A stretch of DNA of 64,000 bases. Source: Cenococcum geophilum (Eukaryota). This document shows, in pieces, positions 24,561 through 40,124 of the stretch (position 1 is its first letter; each line of letters starts with the position of its first letter). The position numbers and the translations under genes were made by a program. The stretch is from NCBI GenBank assembly GCA_050273025.1, contig CP158636.1, positions 5,642,001-5,706,000 of the forward strand, given 5' to 3'. The notes below the pieces were generated by a model. The model had not been told where the DNA came from. It worked only from the letters and a program-made list of their open reading frames with translations, and did not search any database.

Positions 24561-27500
24561 AATACTCCTATATCTTTCTTATAGCATTTTTTAAATTCTC
24601 TAGTAGCTCCTAGGTAGTCTTATTATAGCCTATTTGCTTAACCTTATACTATATTTTATTGTTAATATCCTTATAACTAACGATCTTTAAAACTTACTAT
24701 TTATCTTCCTCTTATCCTCTATATGTGTCTACTTTATAAACTAATAGCTTAATATTCCTATATACTAGCTCTAGTATTATAATGTGCTATATAGGGTAGA
24801 TTTTTATCTTAGCTAGTAGGTTTAACTTAAACGTGACTAGTGAAATCTTTTACGTGATTTTAAAAGGTCCTAGTCTAACGTAGTCCAACTTCTTACTTAG
24901 TTATTAACTCTTAAAAATTTTGTATAGTAGCTATACTTTATCTCCCTCCTTAAGATCTGGTCCCTTAGATCTCTTAGCGTTATAGTACTATTTTATCCTT
25001 TCTTATACCTTTTTTATTAATTCTATAAGGTCTACATAAAGGTTTATTAATATCTTTATTCTTTCTTTAGCTATACTACTTATTTTCTTTACTTATTATA
25101 GTAATAATAATATTCTTAGCTTATATCCGTAATTTACCTTAAATAGTAATATACCTATTCCTTTTTATAGTATTATATTATATATAAACTATATAATTAG
25201 TAATAATAATACCTAATTATTCTATGCGTAATTAATATAATATTTTAGATACTATTCTAGCGTTTAATTTAATCTTTCTATTTATCTATTCGTCTACGGA
25301 TAATATATAGTAAAAGTTGCTGCTTTAACTCCTTATTCCGCTAAAAATACCTTTTAAAAGGCTGCTATAAATCTTAGATCCTATCTAATATAATCTTATT
25401 TAGTACTCCATATCTTATAAATACTTCTTTAATATAAATTTTAGCAATATCTTCCGCTAAGATTTCTTCTATATATACTATAAAGTAGCCCTATTTAGTT
25501 AACTTATCTACTATTACTACGATCGCGTTATACTCCTATCTAGTAATAGGATCTCTTAACTTTAGTAACTTAATAATAAAGTCCTATAATATAACCTCCT
25601 ATAGTCTCTCTAGTATTTTAATAGGTTATAGCCCTCTATATAGCTTATGCCTTATTAGTTTATTCCTTTAGTAATTTAAATACTCCTTTATTACCTTTCT
25701 AGCTATACCTTAAATTCTATTAATAATATATTCTTCTTAAAGTCTTAATACTAAGCCTATTACTCTATTATGTCCTTAAGTTATTTCCTTATAGAAATCT
25801 TCTATAAAATGCTCTGCTATGCTCTTTATAATATACTTCGCTTCTTAATTTTTATATATATCTATTTATAGATATTCTAGTTATACTTCTAGAATTCTCT
25901 ATACCTAAAAGCTCTTTAGTATTTTGTAGACTTTTTCTAGTTTATTATCTTCTTAAGTTACTACTAGCTTAGGGTAATTATATCTAATCTATCCGTCCTT
26001 ATTTTTGCGTAATATTGCTCCTAATAGTTTCTTATTATTTTATAGTTTAGCTTTTCTAATAAGTATATCTACCCTTATATTCTTAGTGCCTTTAATATAC
26101 TAAATCTTAAAATAGTATTCTATAAGCATCTTTACCTATCTAACTTATCTCTAATTAAGTTCTTTTATTATTAGAAACCCCGTTAGGTTTTTATAATCTA
26201 TTTTAACTATAAATAGTTTCTTTACGCCTTATAAGAATGCTCTCTATTTTTTAAGTACTATAATTATACCTAATAACTCTTTATTATAGACGTTATAGTT
26301 TAATTCTAGTAGTGTTATCTTTCTACTATAATATAATACTAGATGCCATATATTCTTATACTTTTATAATAAGTGTGCCTTTAGTATATAGTCTAATATA
26401 TCTATTTTTATAACTATATCTAGTTCTAGTTAGTAGATTTTAAGAATTAGTTCCTAGGTAAATAATTCCTTAAGCTCCTTAAATAATTTCCTTTATTTAT
26501 CTCCCTATACCTATAGTTCCTCTTCCTTTATAAGCCTAGTAAACAGTTTAATATTCTTTAACTATTATATTATAAACCTCCTATAATAGTTATAAACCCC
26601 TAAAAATAACCTTAACTACGTTATATTCTCTAGTTCCCGCTAACTTACTATAGCTTTAATTTTTTGGGTCTATACTAATATAACCTAGTTTAATAATAAA
26701 TCTAATAAAATTGGTCTTCCTTATAAAGAACTTGTATTTCTTAATTACTACTAGCATCTATTCTTCCTATAGTCTCTTTAAAACCTATTTAATATATTCC
26801 CCGTACTCTTCCTTAGTTATTAAGTAGATAATAATATCATTAAGGTATACTATAACAAACTCATTAAGGTATTCTCCTAATACACTATTAATTCGTTTCT
26901 AAAACGTTGCTAGTATATTTGTTAACCCAAATTATATTATTAATAGTTTATATAGTCCTTCTCTTAACCGAAAGGTTGCCTTTTATTTATCGCCTTTCTT
27001 AATTCTAATCTAATAGTACGCCTATCTTAGATCTATCTTTGTAAAGATTTGCGCATTACCTATCTAATCTTAGATTTCGCTAATTAAGGGTAAAAGATAC
27101 CTATCCTTTTAAGTAATGCTGTTTAACTATTTATAGTTAATGCATAACCTAAGCTTTCCGTTTTTCTTTAGTACGAACAGTACTGGATAACCTACTAATA
27201 ACTGTAATAGTCTGATATATCCCTTTTATAGGTTTTTTTAGACAAACTCTTTAAGTACTCTTAATTCTTCTTTGGTAAGCTTATAGGTTGGAAAGAATCT
27301 TAGACTTATTCTTAGTTCTAATTTTATTTTATAGTCCTATACTATATAATCTACTAGCTTTTTACTTTTTAGGCTCTATAGCTTTTTGCTATACTTATAG
27401 TATCTCTTTAGTATATAACTTAAGCCTTACTTAGTTTCTTTATATATCGCTCTGATTTAGTATTATACTAACTTAGTTTACTATCGCATTTTACGGCGTT

Positions 27501-30500
27501 AAGTATCTCTAATATTAACTTAACCTATAATCCAATTAATCCTTAGGTTATATTTCTATAACTAAGGTATACCTAATACTGCCTTATCCTGTCCTAATAG
27601 TAGGATATTAAAAGACATCTTAATTTATTTTCCTTTAATAGTTATTTAAATAGGTCTTATTTTAAGATTAACAATACTTTCTCTATAGGCTATTAGATCT
27701 CCTAAAATTATAACTAATAGGTAAGATTGCTCCTTCTATCTATAAGATAGTCCTATTCTTTTAACTGCTACTAGTAAGATATAGTTCTATATTACTCTAC
27801 TATCTATTAGCGCTTTAAACTATTAATCTTACTAATTAACTTATAAATTTAGGTGTTGTCCTTAAATTCCTTTAAGGGTCTAAGGCTTTATTACTGGCTC
27901 CCTTTAGTCCTATAGGCCTCTACTTTTCCTAACTATTAACTACTTAATTCTATTATACTTGGCTTACTCTTTAGCTAATACCTAGTTTACTTTTTATCTT
28001 CGATATACTATAGATACGTATTCTTTAGGCATTCCTACTACTATTATCCGCCTAAGCATTCTTCTATAAGGAATCTTCTTAGTTAAAGTATTAAGTCTCC
28101 TAACTCTTAAACTTCTGTTAGATTCCAGCCGTATATATACTTAGCATTTCTATACTATTACTTATCTAGCGCCTAATATATCCTTATAGGGTATTTCTGG
28201 TTTTTCTCTTTTAGATTTTTATACATTTTATATATATCGTCTATATATGCAATTTATAATAGCGTATAGTATACTAGGTGCTTTAGGTTAACTCTTAACT
28301 TATCTTTATCTTTAAGTTTAAACCTTTATTGTATTAATTTAAACATTATAACTTTATTTATAGGTATTAAGATATATCTCTTACTTCTCTAGTTCTCTAA
28401 TTATTTCTCTAGATCCTTTAACGTTATAATTAAGGCTTCTTTAATATAAGTTATGGCCTTCTCCGTAATTAGGTAGTCTTAGATAACTCATTTATTTAAC
28501 TATATATAGAAATCTTCCTACTTATCGTTATATCGCTGTCTATACTACTTTTAGTATAGCTGCTAAAGTATATACGGCTTATCTGTAAGGAAGTATCTTC
28601 TTATTACTACGTTATAACAGCCCTTTATATATTGTTCTTTAAATCTAGTAGGGATCCCTAAATCCTCTTTATTTTCCAATTTAGTAAGCCACTTAGCTCT
28701 TAGTATACCTACCCTAAGCCTATTAGTAATTCTTTATATAGGTGCTCTGTCCCTTATACGCCCTAGTATACTAAATCTCTTATCTAGTTTCTGTTCTTAC
28801 TATACAATAATTCTTCGCCTAAACTTGTTTATAGTTTCTTTTGGTTTTTGCCTTATAAGTAAATTCTTAAAGTCTTTTTACTTCTTAATTATAGTATTAA
28901 CATTTTAATCCTGCTGCTAAGCCTTACTCGCAATTTCTTTAATAGTTCTTATTCTATTACTAAAATTTTAGTCCTATAGGATTCTTAATCCTAAGCTTAC
29001 TTCTATCTTAAGCTTTACTCTAGCCTTAATCCAACTAGGCTTTTATAGTATTCTTATCTCGTCTTAAAAGTCTTAAATTTTACTTATCTTATCTTAAGAG
29101 TCTTGTGTTTTTAGGAAGCTTTATCCTAAGCTTATTTATATATTACTAAACTAAGCTATTACTCTACTCTATCGGTTATCGTCCGTTATAGGTCCTTAAG
29201 CTTACCTTATCTTATTTTAAGAGTCTTAGTTATCTCGCATCTCTTCTTAAGAATCTTAAGTCTTTAGCCTTTTACCTTTACTACGTGCTAAAGTAGCTCG
29301 CTATCCTACTTCTCTTACGTCTTATAAAGTAATAGATATCGTATCTAGTGGGGTCTTAATCCCTACTAATATTCCCTATTCTATAGTGGAATTATCCTTT
29401 ACTTCTTATATAATATCTCTAAGGTCTATACTCCTAGTAAGCTGCCTTTATTACCTTATTATTACTAAATATTTTGCCTATATTAAATTTATTGTCCTTA
29501 ATATCCAATCTATAAACTAGTTCGTTGGTTCCTCTAAACTCTAATAATTTTAGCTCCTATAGCCAATAGCTTACGCCGTACTTAGCGTCCTTATAAATTT
29601 GGTATGCGTTATTATAATAAAACGTAAAACTTTTAATTAAATATTCTTTTGTTCCTTATAGCATATTATTATCCCTCTATATATATATATCGTCTACTAG
29701 TCTTATTTCTTTTACTACGTAATAACTCTGTTTTCTATAATTTATATAAACCCCTTTTTTAAACTATTTTTCTTATTATAGAGTCCGCCTAAATGTCTTC
29801 TACTACTAAGATCCCTAGTTTAGCCTTTACTCCTTAAACCTTTAATTACTTAATCCTTATCCTCTAGGTTTCCATAGTTATTTATTCCATTTCTTATTTT
29901 CTTTAGTACTACTTAGGTTTATTAGCTCTGCGCTATACTATAGTTTTTAACTTTAACTTTGTTGTTATGTGTCCTGCGCCTTATATAACTGTAGAACTCT
30001 ATTCTAACCCTTCTTAGTCTACTCTCTTTAGTAGATCCTATTATTAATCTTAATTACTTAATTAATTAATTCTCTAAGAGTATCCGCATCTTCTATTAGG
30101 ATAATTACGTCCTAGACTTTTACTTTAAGTCCCTATTTATACTGTGCTATAAGCGCCTTATTATTCTATTTAACTTATATAGTTAATTATTAAGGTCCAT
30201 TACGTTAAATTTTAAAGCTTTTATTTTACTATAGTGGTTACTTCCAGGTCTTTAAATATTTGCGTTAATTGTTCCGCGAACCCGTTCTAACTAGCAAATA
30301 TATATTATACTTCTTAGTTAGTAGTTACTATGCCGCTTTCCTATACCTCTATTAGGTAAGGTTTAAACCACTTAAATGCCCTTTCTATTAGGAATAGTCC
30401 TAAGTAGGCTATTTAATCTATAGGTGTTGCTAGCTTCGCTTCCCCTTAAAGTGCATTTGCATAAGGAATCCTTTAAGTTTTAACTTCTTACCCAAGAATC

Positions 30501-30750
30501 GCTTAATGGATAGTAGCTTAACCTTTACTACTCCTATCCTATTAATCCTTTTTTTAAGTATCCTATTATTGTCTATTAATTAATTAACTATAGCTTATAA
30601 TTGTCTAATTGTAACTAGCTAAGAGTTAGTATCTGCTATACTAGTGTTATTACCTAATCCTAATGTAGTTTCTGCCGTTAACGGCGTCGTAACTACTACT
30701 TTTAGTGGTATATTGTTTGACTTCTTTTACTATAACCTTGGTAGTAAATA

Positions 30751-31167
30751 TATAACAAAGCCTTATAGGAAATACTACGGTAGACTTATTGATAGGCTGG
30801 GTGTATAGGTATAGAATAGTTAACAACGTAAATATAACTAGTGGAGTGGTTACCTAATAAATTAACTCTAATTATATTCTAAAATTCACTATAAAGAAGG
30901 GAAACTATCTGTAGAGACCGTATGTCTTTAAATATATAACTCCTCCCTATAGTAAAGGTTAAGTACATTAGTACATTAGTACGTTAATACATCGCGTTCC
31001 TACGTTCCTACGTTCCTACGTTTTGAACTTATAACGTAACTAGCTATATAACTTAGCTACCTCTCGTCCTATAGCTTAATTAGTTCTAGCGTCTCCTATA
31101 CTGTCTTAACTAACTATTTATATTTATGCTTAATAGTCGTACTACTGCTAATATAAGGTCCGTAACA
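30751..31167 (-). repeat. Gypsy-B-like 5' LTR with a divergent half
   Basis: 30751-~30910 matches 23406-~23565. The remainder is diverged and has short tandem repeats (AGTACATT, GTTCCTAC). Confidence 0.8.
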
Positions 31168-32547
31168 AATAACAAAAGAACTTAATTATAGATAGGTTAA
31201 ATAGGCGGAGATGCTTATAGAATACTATTTTAAGATTTGGTATACTAAAGGCACTAAAAATATAAGGGCAGATGCGCTAAGTAGAAAGGCTAAATTATAA
31301 AATAATAAGAAACTATTAAAAGTAATACTATATAGAAATAAGGATAGACTAATTAGATATAATTACCCTAAGCTAGTAGTAACTTAAAAGGATAAAGAAT
31401 TAGAAAGAGTCTATAAGACACTAGAAAGCTTTTAGGTATAAAGAATTCTAAAAGTATAGCTAGAAGATCTATAGATGGATATATATAAAAATTAAAAAGC
31501 GAAGTATATCCTAAGAAGTATAGCAGAGTATTTTATAGAAGATTTCTATAAGGGAATAACTTAAGGATATAACGGAGTAATAGGCTTAGTATTAAGACTT
31601 TAGAAAGAATATATTATTAATAAAATTTAGGGCATAGCTAAAAAGGTAATAAAAGAGTATCTAGATTGCTAAAGGAATAAACTAATAAGGTATAAGCTAT
31701 ACGGAGGGCTATAACCTATTAAAATACTAGAGAGACTATAGGAGGTTATATTATAGGACTTTATTATTAAGTTACTAAAATTAAAAGATCCTATTACTGG
31801 ATAGAAGTATAATATAATCCTAGTAATAGTAGATAAGTTAACTAAATAGGGCTACTTTATAGTATGCACAAAAGAAATCTTAGCGGAAAATATTACTAGA
31901 ATCTATATTAAAGAAGTGTTTATAAAATATAGAGTACTAAGTAAAATTATATTAGATAGAGGTCTAAGATTTATAGTAGTATTTTAAAAGGTATTTTTAG
32001 CAGAATAAGGAGTTAGAGCAGTAACTTTTATAGTATATTATTTGCAAACGGATAGATAAATAAAAGGACTAAATTAGATGCTAGAACAGTATTTAAAATA
32101 TTATATTAATTACGCATAGAATAATTAGGTATTGTTATTACTAGTTATATAGTTTATATATAATATAATACTATAAGAAGGAATAGGTATATTACTATTT
32201 AAGGCAAACTATGGATATAAGCTAAGAATATTATTATTATTATAATAAGTAAAGAAAACGAGTAGTATAGCTAAAGAAAGAATAAAGACGTTAATAAATC
32301 TTTATATAAACCTTATAGAATTAGCGAAAAAAGTATAAAAAAGAATAAAAAGGTACTATAACGCTAAGAGATCTAAGGGACTAGATCTTAAGGAGGGGGA
32401 TAAAGTATAGCTACTATATAAAAATTTTAAGAGTTAATAACTAAGTAAGAAGTTAAACTATGTTAAACTAGGACCTTTTAAAATTACGTAAAGAATTTCA
32501 CTAGTTATATTTAAGTTAAACCTACTAGCTAAGATAAAAATCTACCC
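31168..32547 (+). pseudogene. Gypsy-B-like pol fragment (RNase H end and integrase), host of Gypsy-D
   Basis: Colinear with 44834-46210 (ADALSRK, WDFIVKLP, VVDKLTK, QTDGQTER, KLGPFKI). Confidence 0.85.
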
Positions 32548-35500
32548 TATAAGCTCGGACCCCTAAAACTCGATTAGCCCTAAATATAACGGTGCTAGTG
32601 CGCGTCACCTGCTACATTTAACCAATTAGGATTTTCTATGCCCGGCATAGAAAATCGCTATTGGCTCGCTTACCACTAGCGCCTTAGCGGCCCTCGCGAC
32701 ATGTCTACCTACTGCCCCTAAACGATTCTCCTTCTTCTTCTCCTTAGCTCAGTACCTTCACTAAATAGCAATCCACAAGCTTTAGTTTAGAGGCATTTGT
32801 GCAAGCCGTTATATTATACTAAGCTCTCCTTACACTGCCTGGGAAGGCCTTAATAATATTTTACCCCTAAAAAAAGAGAAGATCTTCGTCTGTAATAACG
32901 CGTCGACGCGCTATACTTAGATATTAAAATAACTCTACACTGCCTGCGAAGGCCTTAATAATACCCTACTTTGCGAGCCAGATAGGACTGGACCTGTACC
33001 CCCTAGAATTAAAACCGAATCGTACGATTCTGACAAACCCTAGAAAGCCAACGATGGTACCTAAAGCAAGCTTATTTAAAAGAGCTACCCCGACCCAAGA
33101 AGAGCACGAGATTCAATTGGGATCCGAAATTGAAGATAATAATGACATTATAGACGTATATAAGCAGATTCGTGCCCTGACGGCCAACTAAGAAGCCGAC
33201 CGTTTCTAAGCTTAAAGTATATAGGAGACCCTATAAGAGATCTTGGACAGCCTTACAGCTCTTTAAAGTAGTTTAGCTCCCCCTTTTAGAAGTTTTAGTT
33301 AACCTATCTACTTAACTAAGGATAATATACTAGGGAGTACGGAAACAATAATAAAGTAATTGAAGTCCGTTAAGCTCTCTAACCCCTAACCACTGTCTAA
33401 CGAAATAGACCCTACCTTTAAGAATTAGAGGATTTAAATATAAGGAAAGCTCCGCGTTAACTACAACTATTTTCTTTCTAAAGAAGCTAAGATGCTTTAC
33501 CTCTTTGGTTGAACTACTAGGGACGCCTAAAAGCACCTCTAAGCTAAGTTTGAGGATGAGTTACCTATTTGATTTATATTTATTAACAAGATGCTATAGT
33601 ACCTAGCGGCTATCTACGTAAACCTAAATAAAGTACGTAACGCTAGATATAACTATAATCGCCTAATAATAAGACCGAACTAATCCTTTGCTAAGTTTTA
33701 GACATAATTTCTACACCTAGTAGGCGAAGGCTAGGTCCCCCTTAAAAACTACTAATTAGACCTATACGATAAACTAACGGTTTAATTATAAGAGAAGATC
33801 GCGGTAGCCCTAGACGACCTACTAATTCACTAAAGATTTACAGCCCGATGTCTGTTATTGGATTTAGAACTATGGCGAATTAATGCCTACACCGATCGGC
33901 AGAAGAAATCCTATAGCAATTAAAAACCAACAATTACACCTACTAGGGCTGGCACTAGAAAACTAGTGGAAAGTACCCCTATATCTAAGGTAGGTACAAC
34001 TACCCTTTAGCAGGTGTCACAGTGCTGCAATAAAGTAGACTAAATAACTACGTTATAGTATAAAGAGGGAAAGAAGGTGGAAAGGGGGTATTGTATATAA
34101 ATAGTAGGGCCGGCCGCTAAGTCGCTAGTGGTAGGTTAGCTAATAGTAGGAAATAGTACAAGACAGTATAAAACAGTATGCGTTAGGTTAGTGCCGTAAT
34201 AGTACTCCTCTCCCCTAGATAGTTTGGTCCCTAAACCGAATAGATAACTTAAAAATAGGTAGTGTACGGGGTTGCCTATTTTTTACTATAAAGATATTAG
34301 TTCCGCTTACCGCCCTTAACCGAGCTAATGGCGATTTTCTATACCGGGCATAGAAAATCCTAATTAGTTAGTTTAGTGAGTAAGGTCGGCAGAACTCTAT
34401 ACCGCCACCTAAATTAATTAACGTGGCGTTTCTTAGCGAGAATTTGGCTAATTAGATAACTTTAACTGCCAGTTAAAGTTTTATAACATCTTAACTACCA
34501 CAAATTTTAATACGGTAGTTGGCCGTAACCTTAGCGTGACTTTTCCTTATCTTATACCTAGTCTAGGGGTCCTAGCTTCTTAGGGTATTACTTATAGAAG
34601 CGCTATACAGCTTATTTATAACCCTTTAGGTCTTTCTCTAGCTACTAGGTTATATCCTTGTAATATTTCCATTTAATCTTATAAGTTAGGCCCTAGGGGT
34701 TTTCGTCGTGTATATTAAGGATTTTCTTAAACTCCCATTTATCTTCTATATTGCCGTTATTATCTCTCTCTACCACTCGTCCTTGTATATTATAGCGCTC
34801 TATAGTATTAATATTTGCTTAACTAGGGATCTCTTTAGCAGCCTAGAGGCGGACCTTAAATATATAAAAGGATTTATTTACTCGGATATGGTCCAGGAGG
34901 TCTACTACAACTACTCCTTAGTATACTGCGAGTACGGGGTACGGGCCGTCCCATTTATTGTCCTATTTCTTTTTAGGTTTATTTATCTTTATATTTTCTA
35001 AGCTAACTATAACTATATCGCCTTCGTAGAATAACGCGCTCTTATCCCTACGGGTATTAGTATTATCTTTATAGTATTACTATAAAATCCGGGCTAGGGC
35101 CTTAAGCTATATTAATATCCGCTTAAAGCGGTTGGCTATAGAATCTGCGCGGAAGAACTCCTTCTTTACTTATGCTAATAGTATTAGTAGGTAGGGGCCA
35201 GCAGGCTTAATTTTAAGGCAAGGGTTAAAGCCATAGTTTGCAAAAAACAGGGAGATGCCTATGCTCTCGTTAACTTAGTTATTTATAGCAAACTCGGCGA
35301 GCAGTAGGTAGTTAACCTAGTCGTCCTATATAAAGCTAATAAAAGTATAAAGGTATTTATTTACGGCAGCGTTAATAATTTTAGTTTAGCCGTCCGTTTT
35401 TAGGTACTAGGCTAAGCTTAGTTACAAGGTTATCTTAAGGCGTTTACTTAGTCGTTGCTAGAAGTCGCTAATAAATTATATACCGCAATTGGAGATAATT

Positions 35501-38500
35501 ATACTTAGTGCACTATAGAGCTTATATACGTTGTTAATAAAGCCATTAACTAGCTCCTCTATTAAGAGTCCTGTTACTAGGACAAGGTATTATATTTTAG
35601 TTAGGCGGTCTATAATAATAAGGATATATTTATATACCTTGCCGTAGCGTTAGTATACCGGCAGCATTATAATATAGTTAATTAAGATATCGGTCCACAG
35701 GCGGGTAGGTAATTTTAGTGGCTTTAGGAAACCGGGCGGGGCAGAATAGGGGGTCTTAGTATAAAAGTATAGGGTATAATCTTTAACAAAGGTAGCTGTA
35801 AACTAGGAGATTCCTAGCCACTAGTATATTTGGTTTAAGAGGTTAAGAGTTTTAACCCGGCTAGGGTAACCCGCGGGGTCACTACTATAAGAGCGATAGG
35901 TAACTTCTAGGTAAAGGTCTAGGGCGTTAGGGATAAAGAGATATTGGCGGAAGTAGATCTATTTATTAACAATACTGCATTCTAACTTATTATAATAAAG
36001 TAATTTCCTAATCTTCTTTGGCTACTAGCAAGCTTTCCAATTACGCAAGGCTGCCACTATATCTCTTACAAGTTCGTTCTCCTAGTATCTTAGCTAGATT
36101 AACTCGTCTAGTGACTTTTTAGCTATTTTAGGGTCTAGAGCGGCTATAAACTCCGCATTATTAAAGTTACGGGACTTATATAGTAATTCTTCTAAGATTA
36201 TAGGGTTAACTTTCTAGGGTAGTATAATAACTTGGGCTTAGTAGCGAAGGTGTTTATTATCAGCGTCATTAGGCCTTATTCCTAGTAGCCGGCTTAGGGC
36301 GTTAGGGAGCGTGGCTTTACTATTAGGTCTATATATAATTATAAAGTTAAACTATAAAAGGAACTCTGCCTACTAGACTTAGCGCTAGTTTAGCTGCTTA
36401 GTAGTTATAAACGTCTATAGGTTTTTATAGTCGGTAATAATTTTAAACAGCTCCTTAGTCCCTTATAGCTTAGGACGCCATTCCTCTAAAGCCTTAACAA
36501 TAGCTAAGAGTTCTTTATTATAGATCTCGTAGTTATACTTTAGTATAGAGTGCTTTATGGAGAAGAATACAACTGGTCTTAATTTTCTATTATTATTATA
36601 CTGGGAAAGGACTCTACCGGAAGCCTAATTTAATGCGTCTGTCTCTACTACTGTTTTTTTATATAGTTATAGTATGCTAGTACTGGTGCTGAAGTAAAGG
36701 CTCCCTTAAGGGCCTTAAACGATTTGGCTTATTCTAGTCCCCATAGCTATCTAATATCCTTCTTTAGGAGTTTTGTCATAGGTATAGCAATAGCAGAGTA
36801 GCCTTAGATAAATCGTTAGTAAAAGTTCGCGAAGCCGAGAAATTGTTATAGTTCTTTAATTAATATCGGGTCCTTTTATTCCTATAAGGCCTATACCTTC
36901 TTAGGGTCTATAGTTATACCATTAGTCGAGATAATTAAGCCAAGGTATTTTGATTTAGTAGAGTAGAACTTAGACTTATTAATATTAATCTAAAGTCTAG
37001 CATTGCTAAGTCTTTAGATAACTTTATTTATATACTTAGTATGCTTAGCGCGTGTTTTAGAAAAGATAAGGACGTCGTTAAGGTAGGCAGTATAGTAGTT
37101 GTTAAGGGCGTTATATAGAATATAGTTAATATAGTTTTAAAATATAGCGGGTGCGTTATAGAGGCCAAATGGTATAACTAGCATTTTATAAAGTCTAAAC
37201 TGGGTAATAAATACTATAAGCCACTTATGGCCCTTCGCAATCCGGATCTAGTTAAACGCAGCAATTATATTAAGTTTAGTAAAGTACTTAGCACTATAAA
37301 GTGCGTCAAGTATCTCGCGGATTAGTGGCAGTGGGTATTAATTCTTAATAGTAACTATATTTAGGCCTTAGTAGTTATAGCAGATTCGCATACCGCCGCC
37401 GGGCTTAGCAGCAAGGAGGAGTGGTATAGTAGCTAGTAAGGTCAATTCGCGGATAAAACCCTTATCCAGCATCTCATTAATCCACTTCTTTACATACCTA
37501 AGTTTAGCAGGTAAGAGTGGTCTATTTTTATAGTATAGGGCCTAGTTTCCGGGGGTAATCTTAATTTTATAGTCTTATGGTTAGTAAGGGGGCAGCTTAT
37601 CTATATTTTTAGGGAGGAAGTGCTTAATATATTTATTAAACTCCTTTAATAGGCGTTATAGAATGTCTTCGCGGGTTAATCCTAGTTTGCCCTTTAGGAA
37701 TTTTTTAACATTAGTATCAACTATCTTCCGACGTAAAAGCTTAGGTTAAGTTTTTAGATTTATCTTAAAAAAGTTATAGAAATAGGGGGAAAGCACTTTA
37801 TAGGCTTCCTTTATTATATAGTTGCCTTCCACCAGCCGGCGAAAATACCTTTTTAATAGGTTTAATACTTCTATTAGGCCTATAGGCAGCTCTTTAAGCA
37901 GCTATTAGTACTTATCTTATTTAACTAGTTCTACTAGCTCCGCTATATAGATCCTTATCACCTTTACGTCTTTTTATTTATAGAACTGGGTAAAATTAAT
38001 AGTATAAGTGTATTTAATATTGTCTAGGTTAGGGCGTATCTGGTTCTCTAGTGCTACGGCTAGGCTAGCACGGCTTAGTCGGCCTAGGGGGGCAGAAATG
38101 AGGCGGCGGCCCTATACAGTACGCGCGGGAGACGGGTGTAAGGTTAGGCGTTACAGTGGCGCGGTTTCTATTATCTGGGTCTTAGTAGTTCTATAGCCAG
38201 TCCTTACTATAACGCGAGCTATAGTGTGCGTATATAGTATATAGCTTAGTTCCGGGTATTAGGCTAGGCGGCTAGGGTTTAAATAGTGCCTAGGTTAGAG
38301 TTAAATTCTTAGTAGTAGTAGTATAAAGCGGACCTTCTTTCTTAGTCTTGGTAGGGCTAGCTAGCCTATTATTTTGGTCTTAAGTACTAGGGTAGTCTAG
38401 TCTTCCACTATTTTATTTCTTTATAGCTGTACGGGCTCCCCTTTATTAGGAACGTCTTTTACTATTAAGGCTTTATATATAGTCCTAGGCACTAGGCTTA

Positions 38501-40124
38501 GTAGTGCTAAGTATCCATATAGGGCGTTCCTATTAATATTAGTTATCCCCTATAGGAGGCAGTACCTAAAGTAGTAGTCTAAGTTAAAGCGGATTTTAAG
38601 TTTCCTAAAGCTAAAATAGGGCTTGTACTTCTAAAGCTAGGGTATACCTAGGATAATTAGGGTAGTAGGTAAGAGTTTAGTAATAAAAAAGAGTATAGCT
38701 TTAGTATAGAGGCCGATTAATATTTAGGTGGTAAAGTAGTCTATAATAAGCGAAGTTGGAATACTATCTATAAGGCGCAGTGGCCTAAGTGCTAGCAGCT
38801 TCTTAGTTATAACGTTATATTTTCTTATAATAGACTCTACGTTAGTAAATACCATTATAGTACTACCGGAGTTTACTAGGCTTACTATATTAATATAAAC
38901 TTAGGGGTATAGGTTATATAATAAGGAGAGTTGGGTTTAAATAAGGATTAATTTCTTATTACTATTTACTAATTTAAAATTAAGTAGTAGTTTACTAATA
39001 GAAAGAACTAATTAATCTAGTAATAGGGACCTAATCTTCTCGTCTTCCTGCTTATATAGTTTAGACCCTTAAACGCAACTTAGTTTAAGGGTTTACCTTT
39101 TAACGACTAGGGTATAAAGCTGTCTTAGTAGGGTGGTCTAGTGTCCGTCTAGCTAGTAGTGTTGGTTTTAGTTTTGGTTAGGGTATAAGAAGACAATACC
39201 TCGCTAATAATATAGCCGTATTTATATTTACTAGCGCAAAGTTGCTAATACTAGGCGTTATTAACGGGTTAGGCTCCTATATAGGGCATAGTTTAGAGTA
39301 ACTAAGCCGTAGGGTTAAAGGGGGGGGTTATCCGCTGCAGCCATAATAGGCTCCGCAGTCGCTACGTCTATAATAGACTCCACAATCGCCGCATCCGCGG
39401 TTATTAGTTTGCGTTATTTAATAGGGTAGTATTAGGACTAGGTTTGCTATCTTAGTGGGGTTATAGGTATCCTTCTAGTAGCTAGGTAGGCTATAGGTAA
39501 GGTATAGTCTATTATTAATGCGGCGCTTACGCTCTATATCTAAGATTCTATTAAGATCTATAAGTTCTCTAGTTACTACTAGAGTTAGGGTTAATATAGG
39601 GGTAGGGGCTTAGGTAGGTAGGCAGTAGTTAGCGTTCTTTTTAAGGTTAGCTTAGTGTTACGGACGCTTTAAGTACGATGTTACGACTACTTGGAGAAGA
39701 GACGGAAGAAGCTAGTTAGTTAATTTAGGCACGGTCCGGAATGGAGCCAATAGAACCATGTGATAAGGAATAGTAACTAAGGTTATATAATATGCTACGT
39801 ATTAAATAAAAGGAACGAGAGGAACTTACGTACCTTATGTATAAGACGTATATTATATATAAGAAGGATTTTATAGGAGTACGGTTGTGTATTTAAGGAC
39901 CCTTAGTCCCTACCTAGATAGTTCCTTCCTTGTAGTAATTCTTAGAATATAATTAGAGTTAATCTGTTAGGCAACTACTCCACCAGTTATTATTATGTTG
40001 TTGACTTTTGTACTTGCATTTCCTATATACCTAGCCTAATAACGAGCCCACCGTAGTTCTTGCTATAAGGTTCCGTTATATAATTACTACCTAGTTATAG
40101 TATTAATATAAGAAGTCGAATAAC

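Larger units (their letters stand above)
23406..31167 (-). mobile_element. Gypsy-B chromovirus-type LTR retrotransposon, minus strand, non-matching LTRs and flanks
   Basis: Reverse-complement homologue of 39656-47603 (gag, extension, PR-RT-RH-IN-chromo). LTRs at 23406-23824 and 30751-31167. Flanks ACTTC vs AATAA are not a TSD. Confidence 0.88.
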
